Positions 10,888-21,274 of a stretch of 64,000 nucleotides of DNA are shown here, piece by piece. Source of the stretch: Candidatus Marinacidobacterales bacterium (GTDB lineage: Bacteria > Acidobacteriota > Vicinamibacteria > Marinacidobacterales > DATDRI01). The first letter of the stretch is position 1, and each line of letters begins with the position of its first letter. A program made the translations under genes and the position numbers. Where the stretch lies: positions 4,672,001 to 4,736,000 of the forward strand of contig CBDCNP010000002.1 of the NCBI GenBank assembly GCA_965219415.1. Reading direction: 5' to 3'. Under the pieces are notes generated by a model. That model did not search any database. It was not told the DNA's origin and was given only the letters and a program-made list of their open reading frames with translations.

Positions 10888-11229
10888 CCCGTCGTGTCCA
10901 AAAACACAAACGAACTCCAGACTCACGCGCCGCGCCGGGCCGTTTCGTATTAGACGTGTCTACGCTTGGTTCGCCAATGGAAGCTAGAATCCTCGGTGAT
11001 GAGCACGCCGAGCCAGCCCTTGACATTGTTGGTCGTCGCCATCGCTACATCCGTAGGAATCTGGACCGTGTCTCAGTTCCAGTGTGGCCGTCTGCTCTTT
11101 AGGGCAGCGATACCGTTCTGGTTTGTCAACTTCGTGTAAGACCATTAGAATAGCGCCGTTTGAGTATCGCTCGAAGCTCAACCACCCAATACGTCGAGTT
11201 AGCTGCAAACGAAAAAGGAGACTTGAGGA

Positions 11230-11547
11230 ATGGCGAAAAAACCCATGACCCAAACCCAAATCGTGGCCCAGATGTCGGAAACGATGCAGGTTCCGAAGAA
11301 GCAGGCCGCTGCATGGTTCAAGTCGATTGCCGATCTCGCGGTAAAGGAAACGAAGCGAACGGGCCAGTTCGTCATTCCCGGAATCGGAAAACTCGTGAAG
11401 TCGAAACGAAAGGCTCGCAAGGGACGCAACCCCCGGACCGGCGAACAGATTCGAATCCCGAAAAAGACGGTGGTCAAGTTTCGAGTAGCGAAAGCTTGCC
11501 AAGACGCCGTCGTCCCACCGAAGAAGAAGCTCACAAGCGACGCCTGA
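11230..11547 (+). CDS. hup: HU family DNA-binding protein
   Basis: IPGIGKL...RKGRNPRTGEQIRIP..VKFRVAK. Confidence 0.93.
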   Translation: MAKKPMTQTQIVAQMSETMQVPKKQAAAWFKSIADLAVKETKRTGQFVIPGIGKLVKSKRKARKGRNPRTGEQIRIPKKTVVKFRVAKACQDAVVPPKKKLTSDA

Positions 11548-11887
11548 GAATGTTCTTACTGATCGACGGATGCACGCCGATGATCTATGCGTAAAAAGCG
11601 CACGAGGAATCGGGCAAAGGCGGACACTGAGAAGCCGATGGAAACCAAACCATTGCAGGTTCCAGAGACCCCACCAATCCGGCCGGAGGTGCCAACGGGG
11701 GAGGGAAATGTTGGGTTGCGCCTTCTACTTATTCATCCGCGCGCACCGAACTTGATTAGTCTTCGGTCTGCCGGCACCATGCCTGTATAATTTCGTCGTT
11801 TGTTCGCGCTCTCATCTCTGCCCGTCGTGTCCAAAAAAAGAGAAACCAACTCCAGACAGGTGCACCGGGACGTTTCGGATTAGAGGT

Positions 11888-12100
11888 CGTGAGGTCAAAA
11901 TACTCATGCGGCTTCCCGATGGTAGAAACGTAGAAGCCTGCCAAGCCGTTCACGGGAGCGCACCTTGCGCTCGGACTGAGATAACTGATTGCTGGCTGGG
12001 AACAGCGGCAGATTCTCCTTGCCTGGATGATTCCTCTCGTGGTGATGGTAGACGTGCAAACTGCTGACCCGCTGGGCGTTCGAGTATTTTGACCAGACGG
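11888..12100. mobile_element. Mini-element (E family) with inverted ends
   Basis: CGTGAGGTCAAAATACTC ... GAGTATTTTGACCAGACGG; retains transposase tail RLGRLLRFYHREAA. Confidence 0.8.
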
Positions 12101-12246
12101 CCATAAATCAGCAACTTAGTGTCTAAAGTCTTAGCGTCATCTCACCAACACTTAATGGCGGAAGCACCAATTTTCGGACACGACGACCTCCGTAAACAGT
12201 GATTGCGCCGACCCTGGGAGTGGTAGTATCATTTTGGTAGGTTCGA

Positions 12247-12999
12247 ATGAAACACATCAGACTGGTTGAGGCCTTCGTGCCAAAGAAAGATCGGTCGGAG
12301 GAACTGCGTCGCCAAGTAAACGAGCGCTATGGCGGCGAGGGTTTGACCCTCAGCGTAGGCTACCCAGAAGGGGAACCGGAGTTCGAAACAACGGAATCCG
12401 TCACCGCGCTCAGCCTTTCTGTACCCCAGCTCATCACGGATGCCGTGAAGGCCGAGCGGGAAGGGGTGGATGGAATCGTCGTCAACTGCATGGCCGATCC
12501 CGGCGTGCGGGAGATGCGCGAGAATGTTGCCATCCCGGTGCTCGGGCCCGGCCAAACCTCGATGCATGTGGCCACCTTGGTGGGGCGACGGTTTAGTCTC
12601 CTGGTGACCAGCGAGTTCTCTGCACGTTATTTCGAGGAACAGGCGGAGAAGGTAGGGCTGGGCGCGCGGCTTGCATCCTGCGAAGTAGTTGGTATTCCGC
12701 CCGAGGAGATAGGGGCCGATCCGGGACGAACCACAGCTTTACTGGTCGAAGCGGCCCGGAGAGCGATCTGCGGAGCGAATGCTGACACGCTAGTGCTTTG
12801 CTGCACGGGGTTTGCGTTTCTTGCCGGAGATCTCCGGAAGAAACTAAAGGCCATGAAGTTGAGCGTGCCCCTCGTCGACCCGCTTGCCGTCACCATCCAT
12901 ACACTGGCGGTTCTCCTGGATGCCGGGCTCACCCACAGCCGGATCGCTTATCCCGGTATTCGTGCGTCCCTGGGTACCGTCAAGTTGACGAAAAACTAG
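12247..12999 (+). CDS. Asp/Glu/hydantoin racemase family protein
   Basis: VNCMADPG and LCCTGF two-cysteine motifs; last codons come from an IS6-like end at 12973. Confidence 0.9.
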   Translation: MKHIRLVEAFVPKKDRSEELRRQVNERYGGEGLTLSVGYPEGEPEFETTESVTALSLSVPQLITDAVKAEREGVDGIVVNCMADPGVREMRENVAIPVLGPGQTSMHVATLVGRRFSLLVTSEFSARYFEEQAEKVGLGARLASCEVVGIPPEEIGADPGRTTALLVEAARRAICGANADTLVLCCTGFAFLAGDLRKKLKAMKLSVPLVDPLAVTIHTLAVLLDAGLTHSRIAYPGIRASLGTVKLTKN

Positions 13000-13060
13000 C
13001 TAACCGACCCCGTCCTGTGCGGTGCTTCCGCAATCAAGTGTTGGTGGCTGCCGCGTAACC

Positions 13061-13250
13061 CCGTCTGGTCAAAATACTCGAACGCCCAGCGGGTCAGCAG
13101 TTTGCACCTTTCCAAGAGCCGCTTGAATCCGCCATGCACTTAGGGAGCACGTCGTCTACCATCACCACGAAAGGTGCGCTCCCGTGAACGGCTTGGCGGG
13201 TTGCTCCGTTTCTACCATCGGGAAGCCGCATGAGTATTTTGACCTCACGG
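13061..13250. mobile_element. Mini-element (E family), inverted relative to 11888-12100
   Basis: CCGTCTGGTCAAAATACTC ... GAGTATTTTGACCTCACGG. Confidence 0.8.
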
Positions 13251-13351
13251 GTTGAGTTTAGGCGGTTTTTTTCATTTTCCTCCTTCGGTCTCTTGGGTTT
13301 TGGCAGACAGCGGACGAAGACCTCCGCTGGTGTCCTTCCCTGCATTTTAGA

Positions 13352-13853
13352 ATGAAACGTTTCTCAAAGAAAAGTTGGGTTTCCGGCACGGTGGTCCGGA
13401 AGCTGTTTCCCGAAGTCGAACACCATTCGATCGATGCTTTGACAGCGGTCTGGGACGAAGTCGTCGATTGGATCATCAGTGAGATGATGACGCTGTCCAA
13501 AGCCAATAATGTCGAACTGCACATCAACGTCCGTGAGGACATGGTGATGGAACTTGCACGGCTTCAGTTCTGGCTAGCCGAGCGGGTCGTCGAGAAGCGG
13601 GTCACCGGCCGAGAATTGTCATCCATCGATCCCGAACAGGAACGGGAGGAATGTCTGGGCCCGGAAGGCGCAGACACCATTCGCGGCAAGGCCCGGATGG
13701 TTCATGAGCGCATCTGGTCGAAACGCTTGGAAGAGCGATGGAAACCGAAGTCGGCTAAGGCGATCGAACGCGAGGCGAACCCCAAGCTGGCAAAGCTCGC
13801 GGTCAAGCCGGTCGGCAAGAACCATTTCATTCCGCGCTGGTTCATCCGTGACC
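13352..13853 (+). pseudogene. Hypothetical protein truncated just after a DUF4238-like motif
   Basis: KNHFIPRWFIR immediately before the D end at 13854. Confidence 0.4.
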
Positions 13854-14061
13854 TGTGCATCGTCAAAACTGCTCCGCCCACGAAATCAAGGACTTACGCT
13901 CCGCTTGAATTCCGGGCCGAAGACGGCGAAACTCCGCCGCTATGCTCAACGTTGTTGTCTTCTTCGTCTCACTTGGCGTCCGTGCCATTCGGGCGATGTG
14001 TCGGCGCCGCGCCGACCTGGTGTTGGAGAACGTCGCTTTGCGGCAGCAAGTGACGGCGCTG
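13854..14061 (+). mobile_element. Left end of integrase element D, truncated by IS1-like element
   Basis: Near-identical to 36664-36870. Confidence 0.9.
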
Positions 14062-14170
14062 GGTGCTTCCGCAATTAAGTGTTGGCGGCCAGCCCCTAAC
14101 CGGTCTGCGTGCTAGAGTTTGAACCAGAATTCCGAAGACACAGTTCTCTCATCGTCAGGGCCGAGCCAAA

Positions 14171-15238
14171 GTGAAGAATCGCAGATGTCTCAATCTCGCA
14201 TGTCCGTTGCGGGGCAAAGTCAGTTCCGGAAACATCGTTCGCCACGGATTCTACCGAACCAGGTCCGGGAAACGCCGTCGATACCGGTGCGGCGAGTGTG
14301 GAAAGACGTTCTCTTCGACGAAAGGCACGCCCTACTACCGTCTCCAACATCGAAGAGCTACTTTCGAAGGGGTCATCGCTCTCAGAGTCGAGGGTGTCAG
14401 CATTTCCGCGATTTCCCGGATCAAAGGGATTGCCTGGAACACCGTCGCCCGCTGGCTCGAGAAGGCAGCCCAAGTGTGTCGTCGATTCAATCACAGAAGG
14501 ATCGCTGGCTTCGCCGCCGAAGAGCTTCAAGCCGACGAGATTCGCACGTTCGCGGGCAACAAGAAGACACCGAGTTGGGTCTTCGTTACGATCGAGGTCT
14601 GGTCTCGGCTCTGGCCATCGACGGCGACGGGAAGGCGAAGCTACCGGAACACTCACGCTCTGTTTCGCGACCTTTCGAGACGGATGAATTTCGAGCGTCT
14701 TCCCTTGATCGTCACGGATGGATTCGAATTCTACCAGAAAGTCATCCGTCGCTTCTTCGGTCCGGCGTGTCTCTACGGCCAGGTCCTAAAAACGCGCAGG
14801 AACGATTGCATCATCAAGGTCGAACGGAGAGCGCTGCACGGAGCCGCGTGGCGATTCGAAGACGCGCTCAATAACTCCGAGGACTCTTCGACATTGAACA
14901 CGTCGTTCATCGAGCGGTTGAATCTGACCATCCGGCAAAGCTCGGCATACCTTTCGAGACGAACGCTTTCCCACGCTCGCTCGACGGAGAGGCTCGATGA
15001 GCACCTGGAGTTGCTCCGTTGCTATTACAACTTCGTCCGACCGCACGGAGCTCTGAAGTTCGGACGTGAGATCCGAACTCCGGCTATGCAGGCTGGTCTG
15101 ACGACGCGACGGCTCACCTTTCGAGACATCTTCTTGGCGACGACGATTCCTTTGTGGTCGCGGATCGAGGTTTTCCTGCTCAGTAGGGCGCGCAACCCGG
15201 TCTCTTCCGCACCTGTACCACTGCCCGCAGCCGCGTAG
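14171..15238 (+). CDS. IS1-family transposase
   Basis: Zn finger CLNLAC..CGEC, HTH, DDE motifs QADE / VTDG / IERLN. Confidence 0.9.
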   Translation: MKNRRCLNLACPLRGKVSSGNIVRHGFYRTRSGKRRRYRCGECGKTFSSTKGTPYYRLQHRRATFEGVIALRVEGVSISAISRIKGIAWNTVARWLEKAAQVCRRFNHRRIAGFAAEELQADEIRTFAGNKKTPSWVFVTIEVWSRLWPSTATGRRSYRNTHALFRDLSRRMNFERLPLIVTDGFEFYQKVIRRFFGPACLYGQVLKTRRNDCIIKVERRALHGAAWRFEDALNNSEDSSTLNTSFIERLNLTIRQSSAYLSRRTLSHARSTERLDEHLELLRCYYNFVRPHGALKFGREIRTPAMQAGLTTRRLTFRDIFLATTIPLWSRIEVFLLSRARNPVSSAPVPLPAAA

Positions 15239-15344
15239 CAACATATCTGGACTCCTCTAGTCAAGCCCCTTTCTTTCTAGTCACGCCCCTTTCTTAATAA
15301 ATCTTCCATCGAAGCTGCGCATCCATCGCGTCGTGACGAGTGGG

Positions 15345-15520
15345 TCAGACTGCAAACGTATCTTCGGCCTCAGTGAGGAGCGTCTTGGGTGCTCCGGGCC
15401 ATGATGGAAAATCCGCGCGCGAGGAGCCAATCACTTTGAACGACCTCTTAGGGCCAGTGTTGCTATTGGCTTGACCCCGCGCCGGTCCGACCGGTACGCC
15501 ATCAGTTGGATGGGTATCGT
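15345..15520 (-). ncRNA. Predicted bridge/seek RNA of the IS1111 element (ends approximate)
   Basis: Contains segments matching the target (TAGCAACACT, AAGTG) and the donor junction (TTCCATCAT, AGATACG) in two stem-closed loops. Confidence 0.8.
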
Positions 15521-15573
15521 CGCAGCCTCTTTTGGAAGGGAAAAAGGAAAACACGAAAGTGGAGCCTCTAAAT

Positions 15574-16605
15574 CTAAGCGGCCACCGGCGACTGGAATTC
15601 ACTCTCGCGGGTGGAGACGGCCCAGACGATCCGGGCGAGTTTGTTGGCGACAGCAATCACGGCCTTGTTGTGTCCCCGCGAGCGGTGGACCTTCCGAGCC
15701 CAGGCGCGGAGCTTGTCGGGCGGGCTCTTGCTGACGTTCGCCGCGCGGAGCACGGCGCGCCCGCCCTGGGTGAGGAGCATACGGAGGTAGGAGTCGCCAC
15801 GCTTGGTGATGCGTCCGAGGCGGCGAATGTCGCCACTGGAGTTTTCCTTGGGAACTAGGCCGAGGTAGCTCGAGAAGCGGCGCCCCGATGGGAAGCGGCG
15901 AAGATCGCCGACGAAGCCCACGATGGCGGTCGCGGCCAGAAGTCCGATGCCGGGAATGGCGAGAAGTCGTTGGACTTCAGGAAGCTGCTTGGTGAGCGCC
16001 TTGAGCTCGTGCTCGATGCTAGCGCACTTGTCCTTGAGTTCTCGAATCTCGGAGCAGGCATCACGGAGATGCGAACGGAGCACGTCGGGCAAATCAGAAT
16101 CAGCGTCTTCGACGAGTTCGAAGAGGGCGGGCACGACGAAGTGAGCGCCCTTTGGGATGATGAATCCGAGTTCGCGCAGGAGCCCGCGTACGGCATTGAT
16201 GCGTGCGGTCCGTGTGGAGAGCCATCCTGAGCGCAGGCGATGGAGCGCAGCGAGGGTGTGCTGGTGCACGGACTTGATGGGTACGGGAAGAAGCTCCTCG
16301 TTCCTGTAGGCCTCGAGCAACGCCTTCGTGTCGGCGCGGTCGTTCTTGCTCCCGCGTCGATACGGCCTCACGAGGTGAGGTGGGAGCAGGACGACGTCGT
16401 GTCCCAACCTTCGGAACGTCCTTGCCCAGAAGTGAGCCGAGCCGCAGGCTTCGAGAAGCACGGTGGCAGCGCTCTGTTTGGCAAAGAACGACACCAATTT
16501 GGGTCGACTCACACGGAGTTGCTTGGACACCTTCCCCGCTTCTCCCGAGATGGCAATCTCGAAGACGTTCTTTGCAAGATCCACAGCGATTGTCGTATCT
16601 TTCAT
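15574..16605 (-). CDS. IS110-family (IS1111) recombinase
   Basis: DEDD motifs AVDLAK, LEACG, KNDRAD; C-terminal ENSSG serine; RBS AGGAGG before ATG 16605. Confidence 0.95.
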   Translation of the reverse strand: MKDTTIAVDLAKNVFEIAISGEAGKVSKQLRVSRPKLVSFFAKQSAATVLLEACGSAHFWARTFRRLGHDVVLLPPHLVRPYRRGSKNDRADTKALLEAYRNEELLPVPIKSVHQHTLAALHRLRSGWLSTRTARINAVRGLLRELGFIIPKGAHFVVPALFELVEDADSDLPDVLRSHLRDACSEIRELKDKCASIEHELKALTKQLPEVQRLLAIPGIGLLAATAIVGFVGDLRRFPSGRRFSSYLGLVPKENSSGDIRRLGRITKRGDSYLRMLLTQGGRAVLRAANVSKSPPDKLRAWARKVHRSRGHNKAVIAVANKLARIVWAVSTRESEFQSPVAA

Positions 16606-16706
16606 TCGGACTCCTCCTTTTCGATGCGTATTCGACTGACTTTGGCACATCGATGCCGTCTATGTCAGTGGAGGAGTCCATTCCATCACTTGATGGCGGA
16701 AGCACC

Positions 16707-17784
16707 GTCGCCTGGGTTTGCGGCCTGGGGCGCCGATCGGGCGGCGCCTGCCGGCGACTGTGGAAGTGGAACGCCGTTCTCTGCGCGCCTATGCGGAGCT
16801 GGTGCGATGACGGCGTCGACAGTGGAGCGGCGCGACCGGCTACGGGGGATGCTGGCGGATTTGAAGATGCCGGGTGCGCTTGAGGCAGTCGACGGCATCC
16901 TGGCGCAGGTCGACACCGGGGCCGTGACCGCCGGCGAGGCAATCGAGCAGTTGTTGACGGCACAGATCCTGCTCCGCAACAACCGCCGTCTACAGACGGC
17001 CATGCGCGCCTCGCGGCTGCCGGCCGTGAAGACGCTGGCGCAGTTCGACTTCACCTTCCAGCCCAGTATCAAGCGGGAGCAGATCGAGAGCCTGCACGAG
17101 CTCGGTTTCCTCGAGCGTGCCGAGAACGTCATCCTGCTAGGGCCGCCCGGCGTGGGCAAGACGCACCTGGCCATCAGCCTGGCCGTTGCGGCCGCCGAGG
17201 CGGGCCGCCGCGTCTACTACGGCACGTTAGCCGGGTTGATCGACTCGCTCACCGAAGCCAAGGCGGCGGGCAACCTCTCCCGGCGCCTGCGAGTGTTGAC
17301 ACATCCGGCGCTGCTCGTGGTGGACGAGATCGGCTACCTCCCGGTCAGCCAGGAGGGCGCCGTATTGTTCTTCCAGTTGACCAACGCCCGGCACGAACGG
17401 GCCTCGACAGTGCTGACCTCGAACAAGGGCTTCGAGGAGTGGGGGCACGTGCTCGGCGACGAGGTAATGGCGGCGGCTCTCATCGACCGCCTGCTGCACC
17501 ATTGCCATATCGTCAACATCCGGGGCAACAGCTACCGGATGCGAGAACACCGGAATCTGCTGCGAGCCACCTCCGACAAGACTGCCGAGCGTGTGGTGGG
17601 GTGAACTCGGTCCATGGGAACCGACCGATGCGTTTGGTGCCGGTCTCCGGTCGTTCCGCTCCATGCGTCCAGCACCAAACGCGGAACGGCGACTCCGACG
17701 CGGACCTCGGCGCCGCTCCGGACCGTTAGAAAAGTGTGCGGTTTCCGGTTGTCTAAAGTGTGCAGTTTTCGGTTGTCATTGACA
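16707..17784 (+). mobile_element. IS21-family 3' half (istA tail, istB, right end)
   Basis: istA tail VEVERRSLRAYAEL; tandem AAAGTGTGC repeats ending TTGACA at 17784. Confidence 0.85.
16807..17604 (+). CDS. istB: IS21 helper ATPase IstB
   Basis: GPPGVGKT, LVVDEIGY, TSNK, IDRLLHH, GNSYR. Confidence 0.95.
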   Translation: MTASTVERRDRLRGMLADLKMPGALEAVDGILAQVDTGAVTAGEAIEQLLTAQILLRNNRRLQTAMRASRLPAVKTLAQFDFTFQPSIKREQIESLHELGFLERAENVILLGPPGVGKTHLAISLAVAAAEAGRRVYYGTLAGLIDSLTEAKAAGNLSRRLRVLTHPALLVVDEIGYLPVSQEGAVLFFQLTNARHERASTVLTSNKGFEEWGHVLGDEVMAAALIDRLLHHCHIVNIRGNSYRMREHRNLLRATSDKTAERVVG

Positions 17785-17824
17785 ACGACGAGGTGATCGT
17801 GCCATGGAAAGCTTAACTAGGCAT

Positions 17825-17864
17825 TGACCTGACCCCACGGTTAGTACCACGTGGGGTCGGGTCA
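17825..17864. repeat. 40-bp palindrome made of two IS3-like ends
   Basis: TGACCTGACCCCACG...CGTGGGGTCGGGTCA; same end recurs near 42719. Confidence 0.6.
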
Positions 17865-17981
17865 CCCTTCCCCGAAGGTTTCGAACTGGTCGCGACTAGT
17901 ATTCGTCACAGTCGGAGCGGGTTCGATATGCGACCTGATTCAAGCGTGTCAGCCAACCGATACAGGTCGCACGGGTGCATC

Positions 17982-18074
17982 CCGTCCTGTGCCAAAACTC
18001 GGATCTTTCGAAATAGACCATAAATCAGCAGCTTAGCAAGTTCGGTGCGCGCGGATGAATAAATAGAAGGCACA
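17982..18074. mobile_element. B-C mini-element (93 bp)
   Basis: B end CCGTCCTGTGCCAAAACTC joined to inverted C end AATAAATAGAAGGCACA. Confidence 0.8.
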
Positions 18075-18090
18075 TCCAGATCCAAACTGT

Positions 18091-19218
18091 CTATCCTGAA
18101 GGGAAGCTTACGAGAGCATCGCGACGAGCAACGCGCAGGCGCTCTGCGACATGTGTCTCGTCCAGAGGCTCCGTGTAGTCGACGGTGATCAATCGCACGC
18201 CGTGGCCGGCGCATAACTCAGCTTTTCTGGCGTCACGTTGCTGCTGCGACTTCAGAGCAGTGTCTCCTCCCCAGACTGAGACTGAGTGGAAGTGCTGCTG
18301 GCCTTGGTATTCGATCCCGAGCATGCGCGCTGGAATGAAGATGTCCAGTTCCAGACCTTCAAGCCAGTCCGGACGATGATGCCGAAGAATCGTGTCATCC
18401 GGCAGTAGCCGTCTCACAACGTTGAAAAGGATGGACTCGCTGATCCACCCATCACCGACAGCACGGAATCCAAAGTCTTGTCGCGTAGTGCTCTCAACGT
18501 CATTCAGGACGGCCTGTCTGAGTCGGCCTGCTTCCCGCCGAAGGGCGACGAACCTGTCCTCCTCGCCCATCCTCACGTTGCGCCAGTACGTTGGCTCGTC
18601 GGGAGAGATTTCACTCCTTGCCGGTCCCTCGGCGAGGGCCAGCAGCCGGGCCCGTTCTGCTTGATGCTCGCGCTCAACCTCCCGCCAGACCAGCACCTTC
18701 TGTGCAAGCTTCGAAGGGCAGGAATCCTCGAGATAGTCGAGGTCACCCGGCCGAAGCCCCAATCTCAGAAAGGTCTGGTTCACGTACCATCCGAACTTCT
18801 GTAGGAATTGCCCGCCGTACATCTCGTGGCAGTACCGGAGTACGGGAGTCGCCAGATTACAGCGATGACATACCCGAGGCTCGAATCGCAACCACTTCAA
18901 CGGGTTGTCGGACTCGAGCAGCGACCTCTCGGAAAGAGAGTCTGGGAAGTATGCGTCAGACAACGGTGCGAGCCGACGTCGGTCGCTGTACGATCGACCG
19001 TCCAGGTTCGTCAGCCTGATTGCATTCTGAACAGATACCCTTGCGCACTCACAGAGGGTGAATGGTCCCTCCGGTCGATCGGCAAAAGCAAAGAAGGCGC
19101 CATAGTGGCTTGGATACATGACCCACCGCAACGGCAATGCTTCTTCAAAGAGTTCCTCCGCGATCGCGACCCGGGTGGGACGGCTCCGATGTGGCTTGAG
19201 TTTCCTGCCCATGAGCAA
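18091..19218 (-). CDS. Hypothetical protein with Cys motifs and C-terminal DUF559/Vsr-like nuclease domain
   Basis: CEC, CHRC; LELDIFIP..GIEYQGQQH..RDARK. Confidence 0.7.
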   Translation of the reverse strand: MLMGRKLKPHRSRPTRVAIAEELFEEALPLRWVMYPSHYGAFFAFADRPEGPFTLCECARVSVQNAIRLTNLDGRSYSDRRRLAPLSDAYFPDSLSERSLLESDNPLKWLRFEPRVCHRCNLATPVLRYCHEMYGGQFLQKFGWYVNQTFLRLGLRPGDLDYLEDSCPSKLAQKVLVWREVEREHQAERARLLALAEGPARSEISPDEPTYWRNVRMGEEDRFVALRREAGRLRQAVLNDVESTTRQDFGFRAVGDGWISESILFNVVRRLLPDDTILRHHRPDWLEGLELDIFIPARMLGIEYQGQQHFHSVSVWGGDTALKSQQQRDARKAELCAGHGVRLITVDYTEPLDETHVAERLRVARRDALVSFPSG

Positions 19219-19402
19219 ACGTGGTTCGCAGCACTGAAGATCCTACCTCACATACGGCCACACGCGCCATGCTGAAATGGGGCTGTCCTGAGAAACCTGT
19301 GACCCGAAAAAAGAAGCTCGTGTATCGACGGCGTCGTGTCCGAAAATTCGAACTGAGCCGAAAGTCTGAATTTTCGAGGCGTTGTCGAAATTCGCGGAGA
19401 CC

Positions 19403-19786
19403 CCGTCCTGTGCCAAAACTCGGCCCTTTTGAAATAGACCATAAATTAGCAGCTTAGTGTCTGTGTTTGCGACCGGGCCAAGGGCCGTAAGTGTGGACGA
19501 GCAGGACTGGTTCGCGGTCGAATGGGACGACGGCGGCGGCGAAGGCGACAAACGCCCCGCACCTGGACCAGAATGTGCTAGGCCAGCTACACGGCGATAG
19601 CTCCGGCCTCGATTCTGGGCTTCTCGGGTGGCTGCCGAAGATCGACATTTCTCGAGAGTCAGCTCGCGACGAGCCTTAAAGGCAGAGACGAGAGCGCGAA
19701 CAAACGACGAAATCATGCCGGCATGGTGCCGGCAGACCGGAGACTAATCAAGTTCGGTGCGCGCGGATGAATAAATAGAAGGCACA
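19403..19786. mobile_element. B-C mini-element (384 bp)
   Basis: B end at 19403, inverted C end at 19786, retains start of the C transposase. Confidence 0.8.
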
Positions 19787-20046
19787 ACACACCGAGCTTG
19801 AGAGCGGTCACGCACCGACCGTCTCCTACGGCGAAAGTCGTCGCACTGCCGCGAGTCGGTGGATTGCACCATCGATACGAGTGGCGAGAGGCAGCCTGAG
19901 TCAGCTTGGTCGCTCGCGTTACTCGGCTGGTCGCCGAGAAGTTCGTCCTCAGCACCTTTCCTCGCGCGCTGACCACGCTCTCCAGCATGTGCTCGAGGGC
20001 AGTCCGGGCCTAGAGTCCAGTCCCGGACAAATAATGATGATGGACA
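19787..20046 (+). mobile_element. Right end of integrase element D
   Basis: GGLHHRYEWREAA tail and ATAATGATGATGGACA end. Confidence 0.9.
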
Positions 20047-20101
20047 GCCCAGAATCCCTGCCAATCCTCACTTCAGGAGCAAAATGCTGAAGGCACCCAG
20101 T

Positions 20102-20278
20102 TGTGCCTTCTATTTATTCATCCGTGCGCGCCGAACTTGATCGGTCTCCGGTCTCCCGGGACCATGCCTGCATGATCTCGTCGTTTGTTCGCGCTCGGCC
20201 TTGGCACGGCCGCAAACACAGACACTAAGTTGCTGATTTATGGGCTATTTCAAAAGGGTCGAGTTTTGGCACAGGACG
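20102..20278. mobile_element. C-B mini-element (177 bp)
   Basis: TGTGCCTTCTATTTATTCATCC ... GAGTTTTGGCACAGGACG. Confidence 0.8.
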
Positions 20279-20442
20279 ACCAGCGCCCGGCCGTGATAGT
20301 CTTCACGCTGAACCGAAGAAGGAGAGGTGGCATGAGATGGATACTGGCTCTTGCGTGCGCGCTGTCTGCGGTGGGCTGTAGCGGGAACACGCGAGTGGAG
20401 TCCTTTTCGGGGGACTCGGCGGAATCAGAAAAGGAGTGAGCG

Positions 20443-21213
20443 ATGTTTGAGCTACCGTTGGCTTGGTTTATTGGTTTTATTCTTCTCGCAATCTTCTTCC
20501 TCAACTGGATCAAGGTTCTCAACGAGTACGAGCGAGGCGTCATTTTTCGTTTCGGGAAACTCCTGCCCTACCCGAAGGGGCCGGGCCTCATTCTCGTCTT
20601 CAGTCCCATCGACCGCATGGTGAAGATGAGTCTACGCCTGGTCGCGCTCGACGTTCCGCCCCAGGATGTAATCACGCGCGACAACGTTTCGGTGAAGGTA
20701 AACGCGGTGATCTTCTTCCGTGTCGTTCATCCGATCAAGGCGGTGGTCGAGGTGGAGAACTTTCTCCATGCGACTTCTCAGCTTGCGCAAACGACGCTCC
20801 GCAGCGTCCTCGGTCAAGTGGAACTCGATGGTCTCCTATCCGAACGTGAGCGGCTCAACATGCAGCTCCAGGATATCCTAGACAAACACACCGACCCGTG
20901 GGGCATCAAAGTCACCTCCGTGGAGGTCAAGCACGTCGATCTGCCGGCGGAAATGACGCGCGCGCTGGCCAAGCAGGCGGAGGCGGAACGGGAGAAGCGA
21001 GCCAAGATCATCCACGCCGACGGTGAGTTCGAAGCCTCTGATAAGTTGGCGGCGGCGGCGAAGATCGTCGGCCGACACCCGATGGGGATCCAGCTACGCT
21101 ATCTACAGACTCTTACCGAAATCGCAACCGAAAAGAACTCGACGGTCATATTCCCACTTCCGATCGATCTGATGCAGGAGTTCTTGAATCGGGCCAAGGG
21201 TGGCTCTTCGTAA
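20443..21213 (+). CDS. SPFH/band-7 (slipin) protein
   Basis: [37 protein letters not shown]; RBS AAGGAG. Confidence 0.95.
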   Translation: MFELPLAWFIGFILLAIFFLNWIKVLNEYERGVIFRFGKLLPYPKGPGLILVFSPIDRMVKMSLRLVALDVPPQDVITRDNVSVKVNAVIFFRVVHPIKAVVEVENFLHATSQLAQTTLRSVLGQVELDGLLSERERLNMQLQDILDKHTDPWGIKVTSVEVKHVDLPAEMTRALAKQAEAEREKRAKIIHADGEFEASDKLAAAAKIVGRHPMGIQLRYLQTLTEIATEKNSTVIFPLPIDLMQEFLNRAKGGSS

Positions 21214-21274
21214 GGGGGACGTTGTCGGAAGTTGGCCTCGTCTAATGACATGACGATGCACAACCTTTTTTGAC

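Larger units (their letters stand above)
15244..16688 (-). mobile_element. IS110 family, IS1111 group element
   Basis: Subterminal 10-bp IR TGGACTCCTC (15248) / GAGGAGTCCA (16671), CA core at both junctions, long non-coding end downstream of the ORF. Confidence 0.92.
14062..16706 (+). mobile_element. IS1-family element (about 1200 bp) with IS1111 inserted in its right TIR
   Basis: Left TIR GGTGCTTCCGCAATTAAGTGTTG; right TIR split as GCAACA(15243) / CTTGATGGCGGAAGCACC(16689-16706). Confidence 0.88.

Noticed and set aside
16240-16806. 454-aa IstB with long N-terminal extension
   Set aside because: The extension is antisense IS1111 plus TIR; IstB starts at 16807
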